A stretch of DNA of 64,000 bases from the IMG/VR virus record IMGVR_UViG_3300045421_000501, positions 50,183-114,182 of that record. The stretch is one strand, 5' to 3'. The position numbers and the translations under genes are program-made. Under the pieces are notes generated by a model that was not told where the DNA came from, searched no databases, and was given only the letters and a program-made list of their open reading frames with translations. Shown here in pieces: positions 1 to 10,951 of this stretch. How positions within the stretch are numbered: position 1 is the first letter of the stretch; each line of letters starts with the position of its first letter. The DNA is from a virus.

Positions 1-98
1 TAGAAGTATTTGTTTGCAATTTGAAAAATTATATACCAATAGGTGAATGGAAAAACACAAATGAACAAAGAAAATTTATTTTGGAATATAAGATATGA
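1..98 (+). CDS. 3' end of an upstream ORF (partial)
   Basis: Open frame from position 3 to TGA 96-98, overlapping the next ATG (ATGA coupling). Confidence 0.5.
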   Translation, partial: EVFVCNLKNYIPIGEWKNTNEQRKFILEYKI

Positions 99-934
99 AA
101 ATATTTGATTCTCTTCTTTTCTTCAATGAATTAGATTTATTGGAACTCAGAATGAATATTCTTGGGGATTATGTAGATTATTTTGTGATCAATGAAGCAA
201 ATGTTACATTTACTGGAAAAGAAAAACAATTATATTTTCAGGAAAATCGTCAAAGATTTAAAAAATGGGATGATAAAATAATACATAATGTGATTATAGA
301 TAATAATGATAATTTTGAAAATTATATTGACGGCAAATTATATCATCGACCATTGAAGGAAGATAACATATATAAACTTCCAATGCACTATCAAAGAGAT
401 GTTTTTCACAGAGACAGTTGCATCTATGGAATTTTGCAAGAAGCACAGGATGATGATATTATATTCACGAGTGATGCTGATGAAATTGCAAATCCGTTGG
501 TTGTCGAAAGAATGGGTGATTGGTTTGATCGAAGCAATCATTATGTAATGGTTGGCCCTTGTTATTATTATTACTTAAATGTTCAGGTAGAAGATAATTG
601 GATGGGAACAAGAGTATGTACTTTAGAGCATCTTAAAACTACTAGTATAGATAAACTAAGGCAATCTCATAAAGATGCTTGGAAAATAATGAGTGGTGGG
701 TGGCATTGGAGTTTTTTTGGTGGAGCTGATCGAGTTCGTGCTAAAATTGAAGCATACGCTCATCAAGAACATAATATAGAACAATTAAAAATGTCAATGG
801 AAAGTAGAATCGAAAATAATGAAGATCCTTGTGGTAGAGATTATTTTAAGCTAAGAACTGTTCCAATTGATAATAGTTTTCCGGAATATATTCAATATAA
901 TAAAAATAAACTTTTGCAATATATTAAAAAATGA
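95..934 (+). CDS. Glycosyltransferase family 17 (GlcNAc transferase-like)
   Basis: FFNELDLLELR...VDYFVI.E...TFTG.K N-terminus, SDADEI DxD motif, GGWHWSFFG. Confidence 0.8.
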   Translation: MKIFDSLLFFNELDLLELRMNILGDYVDYFVINEANVTFTGKEKQLYFQENRQRFKKWDDKIIHNVIIDNNDNFENYIDGKLYHRPLKEDNIYKLPMHYQRDVFHRDSCIYGILQEAQDDDIIFTSDADEIANPLVVERMGDWFDRSNHYVMVGPCYYYYLNVQVEDNWMGTRVCTLEHLKTTSIDKLRQSHKDAWKIMSGGWHWSFFGGADRVRAKIEAYAHQEHNIEQLKMSMESRIENNEDPCGRDYFKLRTVPIDNSFPEYIQYNKNKLLQYIKK

Positions 935-1872
935 ATTTTATTGAAGGTGTAGCAGTTTCAAATCTGTGTGATTATTCATTTGGAGATCAGGCTGGATGTT
1001 TGGGAAGAGTTCCTGGAGCATTCATGAAACAAGCTGATTTAGTCAATCAAGAATTTATTTCAATTTGCAATCAAAATATTGCAAAAGGAAAAAATTTGAT
1101 GACTCTTTTTATTGATAATATTCGATTATATAAAAGACAAATTAAAGCTTCTAATGAAAGGGATCAGAAATGGATTGATGCATTGCATGAAACAAATGAT
1201 CTTTTAGAACTTTGTGGAAAGATTGAGAAAATAAATTTTATCATCTTCACAAATCTTGAAGACACACCAATCGATGAAACAATTCATAAAATAATTCCAG
1301 ACAATGTAATTTCCATACATGCTGTAAATGCAATTTCTTTTGGTAAAAAAGTAATTCCTTTTCCATATGGATTACAAAGAATTTTAAATAATAGTGATAA
1401 TAGAATTCCGATTATTAGTAATTTGATCGAAAAGGAAGTAACACCTAAAAAATTAGTTTATATTAATCACACCAAAGATACCAATTTAAGTGAACGTGGA
1501 GATATTAAAAAAATTCTTGGTAAACACAATTATGTTACTGTGGATGATCGAATTCCATTTGAGCAATATTGCAAACAAATACAAAATCATAAATTTATGA
1601 TTTGTCCACAAGGAAATGGTGTAGATTGTCATCGAAATTGGGAAGTTCTTTATTTAAAAAGAGTTCCAATTATGAAAAAAACTGAATATCTTATGGAACT
1701 TTATAAGGAATATCCTGTTCTTTGGGTAGATGATTATTCAAAAATTACTAAAACATTATTAATAAATAATGATCATCTTTATGTAAGAGCGAAAAATATA
1801 GAAAATAATTTACTCGATTTGTATTCGTTATTTAATAGGATTGTAAGAGATGGAAAAGATAAAATTAAATGA
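931..1872 (+). CDS. Exostosin/GT47-like glycosyltransferase
   Basis: KFMICPQGNGVDCHRNWEVLYLKRVPI motif. Confidence 0.65.
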   Translation: MNFIEGVAVSNLCDYSFGDQAGCLGRVPGAFMKQADLVNQEFISICNQNIAKGKNLMTLFIDNIRLYKRQIKASNERDQKWIDALHETNDLLELCGKIEKINFIIFTNLEDTPIDETIHKIIPDNVISIHAVNAISFGKKVIPFPYGLQRILNNSDNRIPIISNLIEKEVTPKKLVYINHTKDTNLSERGDIKKILGKHNYVTVDDRIPFEQYCKQIQNHKFMICPQGNGVDCHRNWEVLYLKRVPIMKKTEYLMELYKEYPVLWVDDYSKITKTLLINNDHLYVRAKNIENNLLDLYSLFNRIVRDGKDKIK

Positions 1873-2530
1873 TGTGACTTTATGCTGCATCTCTTCCGTA
1901 AAATTAGAAGAAACTGTATATGCTCTAATAAAAAGTTGTGAGGGATTAGAATTTGCAGAAGCAAAACTCATCGGACATCAAAAACCAGATAACCTTCCAG
2001 ACTATATTAAGTTTGAAGAAACATATCAGATAAAAAGTATTGACGATTATAGTTATTATTGCATCTATAATCTTACAAATCATATTCAAACAAGTCATTG
2101 TCTTTTGATTCAATCTGATGGATATGTAATTCGTCCTTGGTTATGGAATGATTCGTGGATGCAATATGATTATATTGGAGCTCCTTGGCCGGATCGTCAA
2201 AAACAACAAGATGCTTTTATTGATCCTTGGGGAAAAGCTCATAGAGTTGGAAATGGTGGATTTACTCTTCGAAGTAAAAAATTATTAGATGTTCCCAAAC
2301 AAGCACACATTCAATTTGATGTGAATTGGGGTAGATTTTATAAACACATGGGAGCAAAACTTACTGCAGAAGATGGAAATATTTGTGTTCATAATCGACA
2401 TATATATGAAGTACTTGGATGCAAATTTGCTCCAGTAGAAGTTGCATCTAAATTTTCCAGAGAACAAACTTTACCTGATAGTGAAGAAGACACCTTCGGG
2501 TTTCATTATTATTTTCAAGATATAAAATGA
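1850..2530 (+). CDS. DUF5672-like GT-A fold protein
   Basis: LLIQSDG...YDYIGAPW...VGNGGFTLRS...EDG...FGFH motifs. Confidence 0.7.
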   Translation: MEKIKLNDVTLCCISSVKLEETVYALIKSCEGLEFAEAKLIGHQKPDNLPDYIKFEETYQIKSIDDYSYYCIYNLTNHIQTSHCLLIQSDGYVIRPWLWNDSWMQYDYIGAPWPDRQKQQDAFIDPWGKAHRVGNGGFTLRSKKLLDVPKQAHIQFDVNWGRFYKHMGAKLTAEDGNICVHNRHIYEVLGCKFAPVEVASKFSREQTLPDSEEDTFGFHYYFQDIK

Positions 2531-3321
2531 AAGCATCAATTTATCAATTATGGTGGAATCCTTGGGGTGAAGAAGGATTAGATTTTAATAAAAACGTAAG
2601 TATATCTGTAGACAATCTTCAAAATAATTTTGATGCAGATTTAAAAATTTTATTTTTAGCAGAACCATATTCAATTGCACCTACAGTTAATGAAGGAGCA
2701 TTAAATTCCTCAATATTTTTTGATAAAATATATACATTCAATCAAGCAATATTGAACGAATACCCTCAAGCAGAATTATTTCCTTGGGGATCTTCGTGGT
2801 TAGATTTTGACAATCTAAATATTGAGAAGCAAGATGTAATAACATTTGTCACTAGTAATAAATCTCAAACATTGGGGCATAAACTTCGTTTAGATATTTT
2901 TGATTATTTGAATCCGATAGATGAAATTAATGGAATGGAAATTTTTAGTCATATGTCTCCACCATTTCATCAAATTCGAAATGACTTTTTTTATAATGCA
3001 AAATTTCATATATGTGTAGAAAATTCGATTCAAAAAAATTATTTTACAGAAAAAATTATTGATTGTTTTGCAAGTAAAACTATTCCAATTTATTTTGGTT
3101 GCCCAAATTTAGGAGATTGGTTTAATATGAATGGAGTTTATCAATTTGAAAATCTAAAAGAATTAAATGATATTTTAGATTTATTGTCTCCAGATGTATA
3201 TGAGAAAAAAATAAAAGCAATCGAAGAAAATTATGAAATTGCAAAACAATTTTATGGAGAAAATGACGTTGTACCCAGACTTACTAAAAAAATTACTGAA
3301 TTTGTAAATCATGCCATTTAA
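2527..3321 (+). CDS. GT10 (alpha-1,3-fucosyltransferase-like) glycosyltransferase
   Basis: KFHICVENS...NYFTEKIIDCF...TIPIYFG signature. Confidence 0.8.
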   Translation: MKASIYQLWWNPWGEEGLDFNKNVSISVDNLQNNFDADLKILFLAEPYSIAPTVNEGALNSSIFFDKIYTFNQAILNEYPQAELFPWGSSWLDFDNLNIEKQDVITFVTSNKSQTLGHKLRLDIFDYLNPIDEINGMEIFSHMSPPFHQIRNDFFYNAKFHICVENSIQKNYFTEKIIDCFASKTIPIYFGCPNLGDWFNMNGVYQFENLKELNDILDLLSPDVYEKKIKAIEENYEIAKQFYGENDVVPRLTKKITEFVNHAI

Positions 3322-3988
3322 CGGATCAAATCAGACAAACTACATACAAAAAGATTATTCATTTCTAAGAATCAAACCCGAAGGAATGAAAAATTTAAAA
3401 ACAAACTATTCACAAGTTTGGCAAGATATTTTTGCGTTGGTTGTAAATGATGCAAAACAAGAAGGTACGTTCATTGAAATTGGAGGAGGACAACCAAAAA
3501 TTGGTAATAATACATGGCTTCTTGAAGAACAATATAATTGGAAAGGGTTTTCAATTGAACTTGATGATGAATTATGTTTGATGTGGGAAAATGCAGATCG
3601 AAAAAATACAAAAATATTTAAAGACAATGCACTTATTTTTGATTATGTCCATGCAGTTGAAGAATTAAAATTACCATACCATATGGATTATTTGTCATTT
3701 GATTTAGAACCACCAGAGATAACATTGGAGTGTTTGAAAAAATTTCCTTTTGATAAATTGTCATTCAATTGTGTGACGTATGAGCATGATGCATATCGAC
3801 AATGGGGAGATATTTATGCTCATCGAAATATATTTTTTGAAAATGGATATAGATTAGTTGGTGAAAATTTAAAGAATCGTGGATGTACTATGGAAGAATG
3901 GTTTCTTCATGAAGATGTTGATTCTCAAATTTATAGTAAACTGTATAGTGAAGATTGCGAAGCGTATGAATTGTTATTGGACTTATGA
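3311..3988 (+). CDS. FkbM-like SAM-dependent methyltransferase
   Basis: YSQ.WQD, GTFIEIGG, NNTWLLE, W.G.SIE, DYLSFDLE motifs. Confidence 0.7.
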   Translation: MPFNGSNQTNYIQKDYSFLRIKPEGMKNLKTNYSQVWQDIFALVVNDAKQEGTFIEIGGGQPKIGNNTWLLEEQYNWKGFSIELDDELCLMWENADRKNTKIFKDNALIFDYVHAVEELKLPYHMDYLSFDLEPPEITLECLKKFPFDKLSFNCVTYEHDAYRQWGDIYAHRNIFFENGYRLVGENLKNRGCTMEEWFLHEDVDSQIYSKLYSEDCEAYELLLDL

Positions 3989-4677
3989 CAAGAATCAGTT
4001 TTTGTATTCCTTGCTATGAAGCCCATGGTAAAGGATATAATTATCTACTTGATGTTTTTTATGCATTAAATAATCAAGTATTCAAGGACTTTAATGTATG
4101 GATTTCCGATCAAAGTAAAGACGATAAAGTATATCAAGCATGTGAAGAATATGCAGATTGCTTTGAAATTAATTATATTAAATATCAAGAAAATATTGGC
4201 AATGTTTCTGCAAATACAAATAATGCAATCAAGTATGCTGACGGCGAAATTTTAAAAATTCATTATCAAGATGATTTTATTCTTACAGAAAATCTTACTT
4301 TTGAACTTGACAAAGTATTTGTTAATGATGTAGAATGGGCAGTAAGTTGTTTTGCACATTCTATTGATGATGGTAGAACACATTATAATGCTAAAACTCC
4401 ATACTGGAATGATAAAATTTTAGAAGGAGTGAATACATTTAGTTCTCCATCCATACTTGCAATGAGAAAAGATTTGAAAGTATATTTTGATCAAAATATT
4501 ACATTACTTTTGGATTGTGATATGTTTTATCAGTTGTATATCAAATATGGAGAACCTATAATAATGACAGATGTTCATATTTCAAATCGTGAACATGCAA
4601 ATCAAACACAAAGAAAAGTTGAACATTTATTATCAACCGAGATTGAATATTTAAAGAGGAAATATGATAGGATTTAA
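3985..4677 (+). CDS. Glycosyltransferase family 2
   Basis: ISFCIPCY...ISDQSKDD...N.N.AI...QDD. Confidence 0.8.
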   Translation: MTRISFCIPCYEAHGKGYNYLLDVFYALNNQVFKDFNVWISDQSKDDKVYQACEEYADCFEINYIKYQENIGNVSANTNNAIKYADGEILKIHYQDDFILTENLTFELDKVFVNDVEWAVSCFAHSIDDGRTHYNAKTPYWNDKILEGVNTFSSPSILAMRKDLKVYFDQNITLLLDCDMFYQLYIKYGEPIIMTDVHISNREHANQTQRKVEHLLSTEIEYLKRKYDRI

Positions 4678-5446
4678 TCATCTAGGTCGTCATGGGAGAC
4701 TTGGAAATCAAATGTTTCAGTACGCTGGACTCATGGGAATTGCAGATCATAATGATTATGAATTTGCAATTCCACCTAGTAATTTTCAAGATCCTTGGAA
4801 TGATCATCAATTATTTGAGGCATTTAAACTTACAAGTTTAGTCAATATTAAATTTGTAGATGGTCCATATGTTCAGGAAAAAACATTTTCGTTTGATGAG
4901 GATTTATTTAATACTATTCCCGACAATCACAATGTTTTTGGATATCTTCAAACTGCGAAATATTTTTACCATATTCAAAGTGAAGTAAGAGAAAATTTTA
5001 AATTTAAAAATGATATTCTTGGACCATGTGAAGATATGATTCAAAGTGTAGAAAATCCAATTGCATTACACGTTCGTCGAGGAGATTATATTTCAAATTC
5101 GGACAATCATCCCCCTTGTCCGAAAGAGTATTATGATGAAGCATTAAAAAAATTTGATAATAATCGAAATGTGATTGTATTTTCTGATGATCCAGAATGG
5201 TGTAGTCGGGAATTTACTGAGGATAGATTTTTGATATCTGAGGGAGGAGACAATCTTGCAGATCTTTGTATGATGAGTTTATGTGAAGATTTTATTATTG
5301 CAAATTCATCATTTTCCTGGTGGGGATCATGGTTATCTGAAAATGAAAAGAAAAAAATTATTGCACCCAGTCGTTGGTTCGGTAGTGGTTACACTTCGTC
5401 TCACGACATTTCTGATCTCTATTGCTCAAATTGGGAGGTAATCTAA
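4664..5446 (+). CDS. GT11 alpha-1,2-fucosyltransferase
   Basis: GRLGNQMFQYA, HVRRGDY, FSDD, IIANSSFSWWG. Confidence 0.9.
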   Translation: MIGFNHLGRHGRLGNQMFQYAGLMGIADHNDYEFAIPPSNFQDPWNDHQLFEAFKLTSLVNIKFVDGPYVQEKTFSFDEDLFNTIPDNHNVFGYLQTAKYFYHIQSEVRENFKFKNDILGPCEDMIQSVENPIALHVRRGDYISNSDNHPPCPKEYYDEALKKFDNNRNVIVFSDDPEWCSREFTEDRFLISEGGDNLADLCMMSLCEDFIIANSSFSWWGSWLSENEKKKIIAPSRWFGSGYTSSHDISDLYCSNWEVI

Positions 5447-6343
5447 ATGAAAAATAATGATCTTGAAATATTGGAACAAAACTGGATGCCCTTGGAAGAT
5501 GTTACTTTTTTAATTCCATTGAGAATTGAAAGTCAAGATAGAATGCGTAATATTATCACAACGATGATTTATTTGCTTCGAAATTTTAATACCAATGTCA
5601 TGATAAAAGAATATGACATGGAGCAAATCTTTATGCAATCTGCTTTTCCTACAATTGAAGATGCAGTTGGAGATAAAGTAAAAAATATTAATTATATTTT
5701 TGAGAAAACTGATGAATTTATTTTTCATCGAACACGACTTCTCAATGATATGATTCAAAATGCAGAAACTCCAATCGTAGTCAATTATGATAGTGATGTT
5801 CTTCTTCCAAAGGAGACATATTTACATGCAAGGCATCTTATTTTGAATGGATATACTAATCCAGAACAACCAAATATAAAACCGGAACCAATTAAAGTTG
5901 TTTATCCGTATGGTTATGGAAATTTTCAGTTTCAAATAAGTGCCACAGATGAAGAAGTTACTAATTTTATAAACAGTAATTTTAATTTTACTGCATTTAC
6001 AAGCATGAGGCAGTATGATGCAAAGTTTGGATTCTGTCAATTTTTTGATCGAGAAGAATATATTCGATTTGGAATGGAAAATGAGAACTTTGTATCCTAT
6101 GGATATGAAGATGATGAAAGATATAATCGATTTAATACACTTTCTCATGTTGCTCGAATCAATGATTATGTTTATCATTTGGAGCATGTAAGAACTCAAA
6201 ATTCTTGGTTTAATAATCCACATATTGAATCAAATAGATTTCTTTGGGAAAAATTAAAAATTCTTCCCAAAGAAAATATAATTGAGTATTATAATAATCA
6301 GAAATATTTAATTGATAGGGGTGTTATTTGTGGACAAAAATAA
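5447..6343 (+). CDS. GT-A glycosyltransferase with galactosyltransferase (GT7C-like) C-terminus
   Basis: YDSD DxD motif and GMENENFVSYGYEDDE. Confidence 0.75.
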   Translation: MKNNDLEILEQNWMPLEDVTFLIPLRIESQDRMRNIITTMIYLLRNFNTNVMIKEYDMEQIFMQSAFPTIEDAVGDKVKNINYIFEKTDEFIFHRTRLLNDMIQNAETPIVVNYDSDVLLPKETYLHARHLILNGYTNPEQPNIKPEPIKVVYPYGYGNFQFQISATDEEVTNFINSNFNFTAFTSMRQYDAKFGFCQFFDREEYIRFGMENENFVSYGYEDDERYNRFNTLSHVARINDYVYHLEHVRTQNSWFNNPHIESNRFLWEKLKILPKENIIEYYNNQKYLIDRGVICGQK

Positions 6344-7145
6344 AGCATCCTACAAACTAAAAGGATTTCCAAAATGCTTATGGATTAATTTAAATCGTTG
6401 TGTTCAAAGAAAGGAATACATGGAAAATCAATTCAAGTATTGGGAAATCTATGATCATGTAAGAATTTCTGGTATTGATGGTAAGGAAGATGATCCAACT
6501 TCATATTTAAAAGGAAGTGTACCTCACAATATGAATAACGGTGAAATTGGTTGTGTTTTATCTCATTTGAATGCAATTAAATATTTTGTTGAGAAAACAG
6601 ATCTCAATGAAATCATGATTATGGAAGATGATTTGGATATGAATACTGTTAAGTATTGGAATTTTACTTGGAGTGATGTAAGATCAAAATTACCAATTAA
6701 TTTTGATACTTGTCAGTTTACAATTATCAATCCAAATGGAATAACATTGAAATTGCACCAACGGTTTATTAATGATTTTTCTGCTGCATGTTATTTAATT
6801 ACAAGACATCATGCAATAAAAATAATGAAATTGCATAATAGAGGAAATCAATGGAAAATTGATCAAAACATTCGACCAAGAGCAGTATCCGAAGATCTAA
6901 TTTTGGATAGTGGAAAGGGGTATTCTACTCCACTTTTTAACTATAGATTAGACTTAGGATCTGCAATTCACGAAGAGCATATTGATATTTTTCATAAGGA
7001 TAGTGGAAATGCTTTAGATGAATTTTGGAAAATGAATGGACAGGATCAAAACATTTCTCAAATTATGGAATTAGATGAATATTGTGGTAGAATACCACCA
7101 CAGGTTTATATAAATCAAGCAAATTTAGAGAAACAAAACTCATGA
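6330..7145 (+). CDS. Glycosyltransferase family 25
   Basis: INLNR...R, GEIGCVLSH, IMEDD, ACYLIT; probable GTG start at 6330. Confidence 0.8.
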   Translation: MDKNKASYKLKGFPKCLWINLNRCVQRKEYMENQFKYWEIYDHVRISGIDGKEDDPTSYLKGSVPHNMNNGEIGCVLSHLNAIKYFVEKTDLNEIMIMEDDLDMNTVKYWNFTWSDVRSKLPINFDTCQFTIINPNGITLKLHQRFINDFSAACYLITRHHAIKIMKLHNRGNQWKIDQNIRPRAVSEDLILDSGKGYSTPLFNYRLDLGSAIHEEHIDIFHKDSGNALDEFWKMNGQDQNISQIMELDEYCGRIPPQVYINQANLEKQNS

Positions 7146-7843
7146 AAATTATAGATCATATTGGAATATTTGAAAACTTTGCAAATGAAAACTTTTGCAA
7201 AGAACTAATTACTATTTTTGAATATTGGTTTGAACGAAAATATACATTACAGGAGAATGTAAATTCTCATATAACAGAAGAAAGAAAAGTGAGTTTATTT
7301 AATGAAGGTATTACTCAGTTTCCTGGGAAATCCCTTGGTAGAAAAGATGTTCAATTTTATTTGGAAACAATGGACATTCAAATGGCAATGAATGTTAATG
7401 GTATAGTTGGACAAGCCTTTGAGCAATACATTTCAGAATATCCAGGATTACTAAAAAATGCAGATCCAGTTTCATCCTGGACTACTAAAATACAAAAAAC
7501 TAATTCTGGTGGAGGGTATCATACATGGCATTGCGAGAATGGTGATTTTGGATATCGGGATAGAGTTTTGACTTGGATGATTTATCTAAATGATATTCCT
7601 CATGAAAATGGTGGAGCAACAGAATTTTTTCATCAAAAACTATCCATTCAACCTAGTGTAGGAACACTAGTTCTTTGGCCTGCATGTTATACTCATATGC
7701 ATCGAGGTGGATTTTTGACTGGAGATATTTCTAAATATATTGCTACCGGATGGTTTCTTCGAGAACCGGGACAAGTTTTTAATAAAAGAATGGGAGAAGA
7801 ATGTGGACAAATACAACCTCAAAAATTTGATTTGAATGAATAA
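7142..7843 (+). CDS. 2OG-Fe(II) oxygenase (prolyl-hydroxylase-like)
   Basis: WHCE, MIYLND, GG.TEF, H.H, KYIATGW. Confidence 0.85.
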   Translation: MKIIDHIGIFENFANENFCKELITIFEYWFERKYTLQENVNSHITEERKVSLFNEGITQFPGKSLGRKDVQFYLETMDIQMAMNVNGIVGQAFEQYISEYPGLLKNADPVSSWTTKIQKTNSGGGYHTWHCENGDFGYRDRVLTWMIYLNDIPHENGGATEFFHQKLSIQPSVGTLVLWPACYTHMHRGGFLTGDISKYIATGWFLREPGQVFNKRMGEECGQIQPQKFDLNE

Positions 7844-9263
7844 TATTTTTGTAGGAATAGGTGATGCACTTCACGATACCAGTATTTGTGCATTGATTGA
7901 TGGTGAATTTAAGTATCGAAAATCTGAAAGATACTTTGGAGTAAAGCATCACGAAGCTAAAAGTCAATGGTATGCAAATACTTTAAATGATTGGAATATA
8001 ACCAAAGTTGATAAATTGGTTTACACTCATAAAGGTGGAATTGGAAGGGGTAGAAAACCATATGATGGAGAAGAATTTTTGGTCAACGAATCCTTCCCCC
8101 ATATAAAATGCAATGATACAATATGTTTAGATCACCATATTGCTCATATGTTTAGCACATTATCAAGTGCTAAACAACATGCGGTATTTGATGGAAAAGG
8201 ATCTGGATCAAAGGCAAAAGGAAGATTTACTGGATTAATAAAAACTGAAACAAAATTTCAAAGATATAAAAAAATGGGTGCTGGAAGATATTTACAATAT
8301 CTTGGAACAGTATTAAATTTTTCTGGATTGGAAATAGATTTCCCCGGAAAAATTATGGGATTGCAATCATATGGAGTTCCTGATTTAAATCTGGCATCTC
8401 AAATTAACGAAGAGAATATTCTTGATTTTATTGAACCTTGGGTAAGAAAAATACCAAAAAGTACTGATAAAGATTTTCAGAATTTTGTTGCAACTGTACA
8501 TAAGGCATGTGAACTTCAGCAATTAGAATATTTTAAAGAGTTTGATTCGAATGAACTAATTGCATGTTCTGGTGGAGTAATGTTAAACACTGTAATTAAT
8601 ACGGAACTTCGAAAAAAATATAATCTTTATATTCCACCACATGTATATGATGGAGGATTGTCAATTGGATGTCTTAATTATATTGTAAAGAATTTAAATA
8701 TTCCAAACTTTCCTTTTATTCAGGATGATGAAAGACCATTAGAAAATCCATCAGATGATACAATTGAATTCATTGCAGAAAAACTTGCACTTGGTAAAAT
8801 TATTGGATGGTATCAGGGAAATGGTGAGATTGGACCAAGAGCACTTGGCAATCGTAGTATTTTGATGAGTCCTTTAGTTAAAAATGGAAAGGAAATTCTC
8901 AATCAAAAAGTAAAAAAAAGAGAATGGTGGAGACCTTTTGGTGCTTCGGTAATCAAAGAAAAAGCACATGAATATTTTGATATTGATAATAATCCATATA
9001 TGCTATATAATAGTAAAGTATTAGTCGATGAACTATATTCAATTACTCATGTTGATGGTACTTGTAGACATCAAACAGTAACTTCCGATCATAAATTTTA
9101 TTATAAACTCTTAGAAAAATTTGAAGAAAAAACTGGTTTGCCAATACTGTTAAATACATCATTGAATATTGGGGGAAAACCAATTTCATCCAAACTGGAA
9201 AATGCACATGTTCCTGGATTAGATATACTTTGTTGTGGTAATGAAATACATTCTTATAGCTAA
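7836..9263 (+). CDS. Carbamoyltransferase (NodU/CmcH family)
   Basis: HD, ER...KH, HHIAH, GKIMGL, SGGVMLN, E.GPRALGNRSIL, RPFG, HVDGT.R.QTV, LNTSLN. Confidence 0.9.
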   Translation: MNNIFVGIGDALHDTSICALIDGEFKYRKSERYFGVKHHEAKSQWYANTLNDWNITKVDKLVYTHKGGIGRGRKPYDGEEFLVNESFPHIKCNDTICLDHHIAHMFSTLSSAKQHAVFDGKGSGSKAKGRFTGLIKTETKFQRYKKMGAGRYLQYLGTVLNFSGLEIDFPGKIMGLQSYGVPDLNLASQINEENILDFIEPWVRKIPKSTDKDFQNFVATVHKACELQQLEYFKEFDSNELIACSGGVMLNTVINTELRKKYNLYIPPHVYDGGLSIGCLNYIVKNLNIPNFPFIQDDERPLENPSDDTIEFIAEKLALGKIIGWYQGNGEIGPRALGNRSILMSPLVKNGKEILNQKVKKREWWRPFGASVIKEKAHEYFDIDNNPYMLYNSKVLVDELYSITHVDGTCRHQTVTSDHKFYYKLLEKFEEKTGLPILLNTSLNIGGKPISSKLENAHVPGLDILCCGNEIHSYS

Positions 9264-9277
9264 ATGTAAAAAATTAT

Positions 9278-10951
9278 ATGATAATTTATAGTTGTATTAC
9301 AAATCAGTATGATAATATATCGAATGATCATTATTATGATCCAGAAGTTCGTTATGTCATGTTTCATGATGGAACCATTGAAAAAAAAGGTTCATGGGAA
9401 TTTATAGAACTTGATATTGATGAAAATTCACATACAAAAAAATCATATCATCCAAAACATCTACCACATTTATATTTTGACTATGGTGAATGCACTGTTT
9501 GGATTGATGGTTGCTATATTATAACTGAAGATTTTGTAAATTTTTCAAAAAAAATATTTGAAACCCATAATTTAGTACTACAAAATCATCCATCAAAACG
9601 AACTTTAGTTGAAGAATTTGCAAAACTTTATTATCGTGGATTTGTAGATGAGGAGAAGTGTTATGAATTGGCTGAAAAAATTTATAACAGTGGATATAAA
9701 TGTTGGATGTATGATCAAACTATCAATTGTTGTGTATGGAGAAAAATAAATAAAGAAGTTATTGATTGGAATAATTCTTGGCATAAGTGGTTTATTTTCG
9801 GTGATATAAGAGATCAAATAGCAAGTTCCTTGGCAGATTATGAAACATTTTCCAGCCATAAAATTGAATTAATTGTAGATTTAAATCATACAACTAGGAA
9901 TAAAAAATATTCACAATCATATGAACTATTAGAACATTCAGATCTTCAACACTTAAAAGTCTTTATTTCAAATATTTCAAATAAATTAGTTACTAATTCA
10001 AAATTATCTTTTCATTCAAATAAAGTTCTTGATGAGAATGAAAATAAATTATACAATTCAGAAATTAAAGTAGTTCCAATTGATAAAAATGAAAATAAAT
10101 TATACAATTCAGAAATTGAAGTAGTTCCAATTAATAAAAATGAAATGATAATATACTCTTGTATTACAAATGGATATGATGAAATTCCAGATCATTATTA
10201 TGATCCAGAAGTTCGTTATGTCATGTTTCATGATGGAACGATTGAAAAAAAAGATCCATGGGAATTTATAGATATTCGAGATTATTGTGATCTAGAATGT
10301 CCTCTCAGATTATCTAATTATCCCAAAACCAATCCACATTTATTTTTTGAAGAAGGATCTAATACAATTTGGATTGATGGTTGTTATGTAATGACAGAAG
10401 AATTTGTCAAAGTCTCTAAAAAAACTTTTCCATTTACAATTCTTAGGCATCCATTTAAATTTTCTTATTACGATGAAATGCTGGAAGGATTTTTATCTGC
10501 TTTTTTTTCTTTTGATGATGGAATTGAGTTCACAAAATTATTATTCGATGATAACTATAACTTCAAGCAATATAGTAGTCCTTTGTGTACTATTGTTTAT
10601 AGAACAACAAATTCAGAAAATCAAAAATTTAATGAGTGTTGGTGGAAATATTCACTCATAGGACCAAATCGAGATCAAGTTGCTTTTGATGCAGCTATTC
10701 AATTCACTAATGTCTTCCCAAATTATATTGAAAAGAGAAATGATTGTGGAATAATTTTAGGGTCTGGATCTAAAATTGGAAGAAAGAAAAAACATGAACA
10801 AAGAGGAAAAATTTCTCAGTGGAAAATGAAACAAAACTTTATTGATGAAATGCGGAAATATGCTAAATTACATCCACATTTTTATGCAAAACATGATCAT
10901 TATGATATGATGATCAATAATAATATTATATCTTCGGATAAATCATTATGA
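9278..10951 (+). CDS. Tandem DUF616 (TOD1/MUCI70-like) glycosyltransferase-like protein, two domains
   Basis: Two copies of IYSCIT.GYD...WIDG...HP...RDQ; second domain begins at in-frame ATG 10145. Confidence 0.7.
   Translation: MIIYSCITNQYDNISNDHYYDPEVRYVMFHDGTIEKKGSWEFIELDIDENSHTKKSYHPKHLPHLYFDYGECTVWIDGCYIITEDFVNFSKKIFETHNLVLQNHPSKRTLVEEFAKLYYRGFVDEEKCYELAEKIYNSGYKCWMYDQTINCCVWRKINKEVIDWNNSWHKWFIFGDIRDQIASSLADYETFSSHKIELIVDLNHTTRNKKYSQSYELLEHSDLQHLKVFISNISNKLVTNSKLSFHSNKVLDENENKLYNSEIKVVPIDKNENKLYNSEIEVVPINKNEMIIYSCITNGYDEIPDHYYDPEVRYVMFHDGTIEKKDPWEFIDIRDYCDLECPLRLSNYPKTNPHLFFEEGSNTIWIDGCYVMTEEFVKVSKKTFPFTILRHPFKFSYYDEMLEGFLSAFFSFDDGIEFTKLLFDDNYNFKQYSSPLCTIVYRTTNSENQKFNECWWKYSLIGPNRDQVAFDAAIQFTNVFPNYIEKRNDCGIILGSGSKIGRKKKHEQRGKISQWKMKQNFIDEMRKYAKLHPHFYAKHDHYDMMINNNIISSDKSL
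10037..10144 (+). repeat. 51-bp tandem duplication (NENKLYNSEI.VVPI.K x2) in the inter-domain linker
   Basis: Units start at 10037 and 10088, with a partial third at 10139. Confidence 0.9.

Noticed and set aside
7142-9263. TET/JBP plus carbamoyltransferase DNA-hypermodification system
   Set aside because: The oxygenase looks like the common prolyl-hydroxylase-type cyanophage family, and no DNA methylase or dCMP hydroxymethylase is adjacent; the context is glycan tailoring. Not fully excluded without nucleoside analysis.
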